Virus record (IMG/VR): IMGVR_UViG_3300037657_000018
Location: 1 to 45,414 of that record
Length of the DNA stretch: 45,414 nucleotides
Strand: one strand, 5' to 3'
From: a virus
Lineage: Duplodnaviria; Caudoviricetes
This document shows, one piece after another, positions 43,777-45,414 of the stretch; within the stretch, counting starts at the first letter, position 1; each line of letters opens with the position of its first letter. The notes below the pieces were generated by a model, which made no database searches, was not told the origin of the DNA, and saw only the letters and a list, made by a program, of their open reading frames with translations. The translations under genes and the position numbers were made by a program.

Positions 43777-45414
43777 ATGAAGCGGAAGCTGCTGGTGCTG
43801 TGGATGGCGCTGGTCGTAGGGCTGGCGCTTCTGTCCATGTGCGGGTCCGGGCGGGTCGGGTATCAGGGCGGGTACGCGAGGTCGGTTGGGCCGGGGCAGC
43901 AGGGGTACACTGGGGGCGGCTCCGCTGTCCCCGACACATTCCGCATCTGGAACCACCACTGGAAGTACCCGAACACGGCGGCCAAGACGGCAGGCTACGT
44001 CTACACCGACACGACCCGCTACACGACGATCAACCGCGCCGCCAATGGCCAGAACATCCGCTGGGGCTGGATCAACCGCGCGCTGCCTGATTCCGTGCAG
44101 GCATCGGCAGGCGCCGTTTCCGACTACCAGAACTGGACCCGCTCCAACGGGAACACAACGCAGGACGACTTCACATGGCACGCCTCGCAGCGGCTGTTCT
44201 TTGTCTGGATGACGGCCAATGGCCTGAAGGATGGGCAGAAGGTCGAGGACGCCTATCTCACCGTCAACGTGTCTTCTGGTGCGTGGACGCTTCCGGCTGG
44301 CGTGTACCTCTCTTGCGTCCTTGACACGATCTCCAAAGACTACCGCATCCTGAACGGCAACTCCGTCGGCCTGTGGGGCACGGCGAACAACGACTCGTCA
44401 CGCTTCAAGGCAACGTGGAACCAGTTGGTCCGCGCCACACCGTCGGCGTGGGAGCCCGTGCTGACCGACCGTGGGGACTACCACGACTTCGGGCCGAGAT
44501 CGGCAACGACGTTCGGGCCTGGGGCTGGCGCGGCGCAAGGCACCCCGCTGCGCTTCGACGTGAAGGATGCCGTGCAGCAGGCATTGGACAACGGCGAGTC
44601 TGAACGCGGATTCCTGTTCGTGATCTATGCCTACTCGTCAAACTCGAACACGACGGCTTGGGATTTTATCGCCGGTAATGCGTCGTCGGTGGCCACCGGA
44701 AAGGGCAACCCGACATTCACGGCCACCACGACCAGCAGGCGCGGCCCCAAACCGTGGAGCGGCCAGCGCGTCCCCGTCACGATCCAGTTTGACGACTCCT
44801 ATGATGTCCAGGTCGGGTACTACCGCGCACTGACTGACAGCGGTCATGTGTTCAACGCCGCCGCCTGCTCGACGAACTTCGCGGCCCGCGACTGGCTCGA
44901 CAGCCTCTACACGCTTGACCCAGCGTCCATCTACTTCATGAACCACACCAAGACGCACGCATCCATCGGGTCGGTGAGCGGGTCTGCGCTGTACGCTGAG
45001 CTTTCGCGGACGTGGTTCCCGTCTCTGATTACCGCCGACATCGACACAAGCGCCATCGTTGACTTCTCGCTTGCCGGCGGCGCCGGATCTCCCGTGATCG
45101 ACGCTGAAGCCGTTGAGGCGCTATACGACTTCGGGTACAGGTCCATGCGGTCGGGCGGGTTCGATTGGATGGCGGCCCCAGGATTCAACCACGACTCGTT
45201 CCTGTCGTGGGACGCGCCCGTGAACCGCTACCAGATCAGGTCCGTGGCCGCCGAGTACATTTTCGGCTATCCGGGCGGGTGGGCGGGCAACCACCTCGCG
45301 GCCGCCAGCGAGGCGCAGATTGCCGACGAGCTTGGCGACTTCGTAGACCTCTACTACACGAACTACGGCAAGGCCGCGCTCGTCATCTACGGCCACTGGT
45401 ACGACCCAGGCGAC
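43777..45414 (+). CDS. 5' part of the ~1,914-aa exported protein: signal peptide, Gly-rich linker, DNRLRE/CBM96-like domain, CE4 polysaccharide deacetylase; continues at nt 128
   Basis: Hand translation has no stop. MKRKLLVLWMALVVGLALLSMC; VEDAYLTV...FDVKDAVQQAL; VTIQFDDS, NHTKTH, VIYGH. Confidence 0.88.
   Translation, partial: MKRKLLVLWMALVVGLALLSMCGSGRVGYQGGYARSVGPGQQGYTGGGSAVPDTFRIWNHHWKYPNTAAKTAGYVYTDTTRYTTINRAANGQNIRWGWINRALPDSVQASAGAVSDYQNWTRSNGNTTQDDFTWHASQRLFFVWMTANGLKDGQKVEDAYLTVNVSSGAWTLPAGVYLSCVLDTISKDYRILNGNSVGLWGTANNDSSRFKATWNQLVRATPSAWEPVLTDRGDYHDFGPRSATTFGPGAGAAQGTPLRFDVKDAVQQALDNGESERGFLFVIYAYSSNSNTTAWDFIAGNASSVATGKGNPTFTATTTSRRGPKPWSGQRVPVTIQFDDSYDVQVGYYRALTDSGHVFNAAACSTNFAARDWLDSLYTLDPASIYFMNHTKTHASIGSVSGSALYAELSRTWFPSLITADIDTSAIVDFSLAGGAGSPVIDAEAVEALYDFGYRSMRSGGFDWMAAPGFNHDSFLSWDAPVNRYQIRSVAAEYIFGYPGGWAGNHLAAASEAQIADELGDFVDLYYTNYGKAALVIYGHWYDPGD
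45288..45414. repeat. Terminal direct overlap, identical to 1-127
   Basis: Exact sequence match. Confidence 0.95.

Noticed and set aside
43777-43845. Lipoprotein lipobox at LSMC
   Set aside because: Met at -1 does not fit [GAS]-C; treated as a Sec signal or anchor of undetermined type.

Overview
The window is a complete, circularly assembled, GC-rich tailed-phage genome with podovirus-like gene order. The first 127 nt are repeated exactly at 45288-45414, so the unique circle is 45,287 bp. Late module (+ strand): probable TerS, a non-coding repeat block, small genes, a ~1,914-aa exported glycan-active protein that spans the contig junction and is truncated in the ORF track, TerL, portal, scaffold, N4-gp56-type major capsid, tail adaptor/nozzle, GNAT, ejection proteins, a 2,584-aa LPD38 polyvalent protein and an M15 endolysin/holin cassette. 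Early/middle module (+): HTH, Lar-like proteins, a two-frame C5 methyltransferase, CsrA, YqaJ exonuclease/RecT, HNH, an initiator with internal iterons, DnaB, sigma-70 and SSB. A separate minus-strand operon encodes a CxxC-repeat protein and an M28-like peptidase. I found no integrase, tRNA or CRISPR array. The most unusual signals are: (i) Sec-type signal peptides on proteins that look like virion appendages, suggesting assembly outside the cytoplasm; (ii) small stand-alone ORFs resembling fragments of the phage's own terminase ATPase and capsid, possibly decoys; (iii) a phage CsrA with GGA-loop hairpins in its leader and a recurring CACGG(G)AGG motif at head-gene RBSs; (iv) a promoter-to-terminator ~73-nt sRNA; (v) a second, inverted pair of iteron-like arrays far from the initiator gene. 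All family assignments come from recognising motifs by eye, not from database searches.
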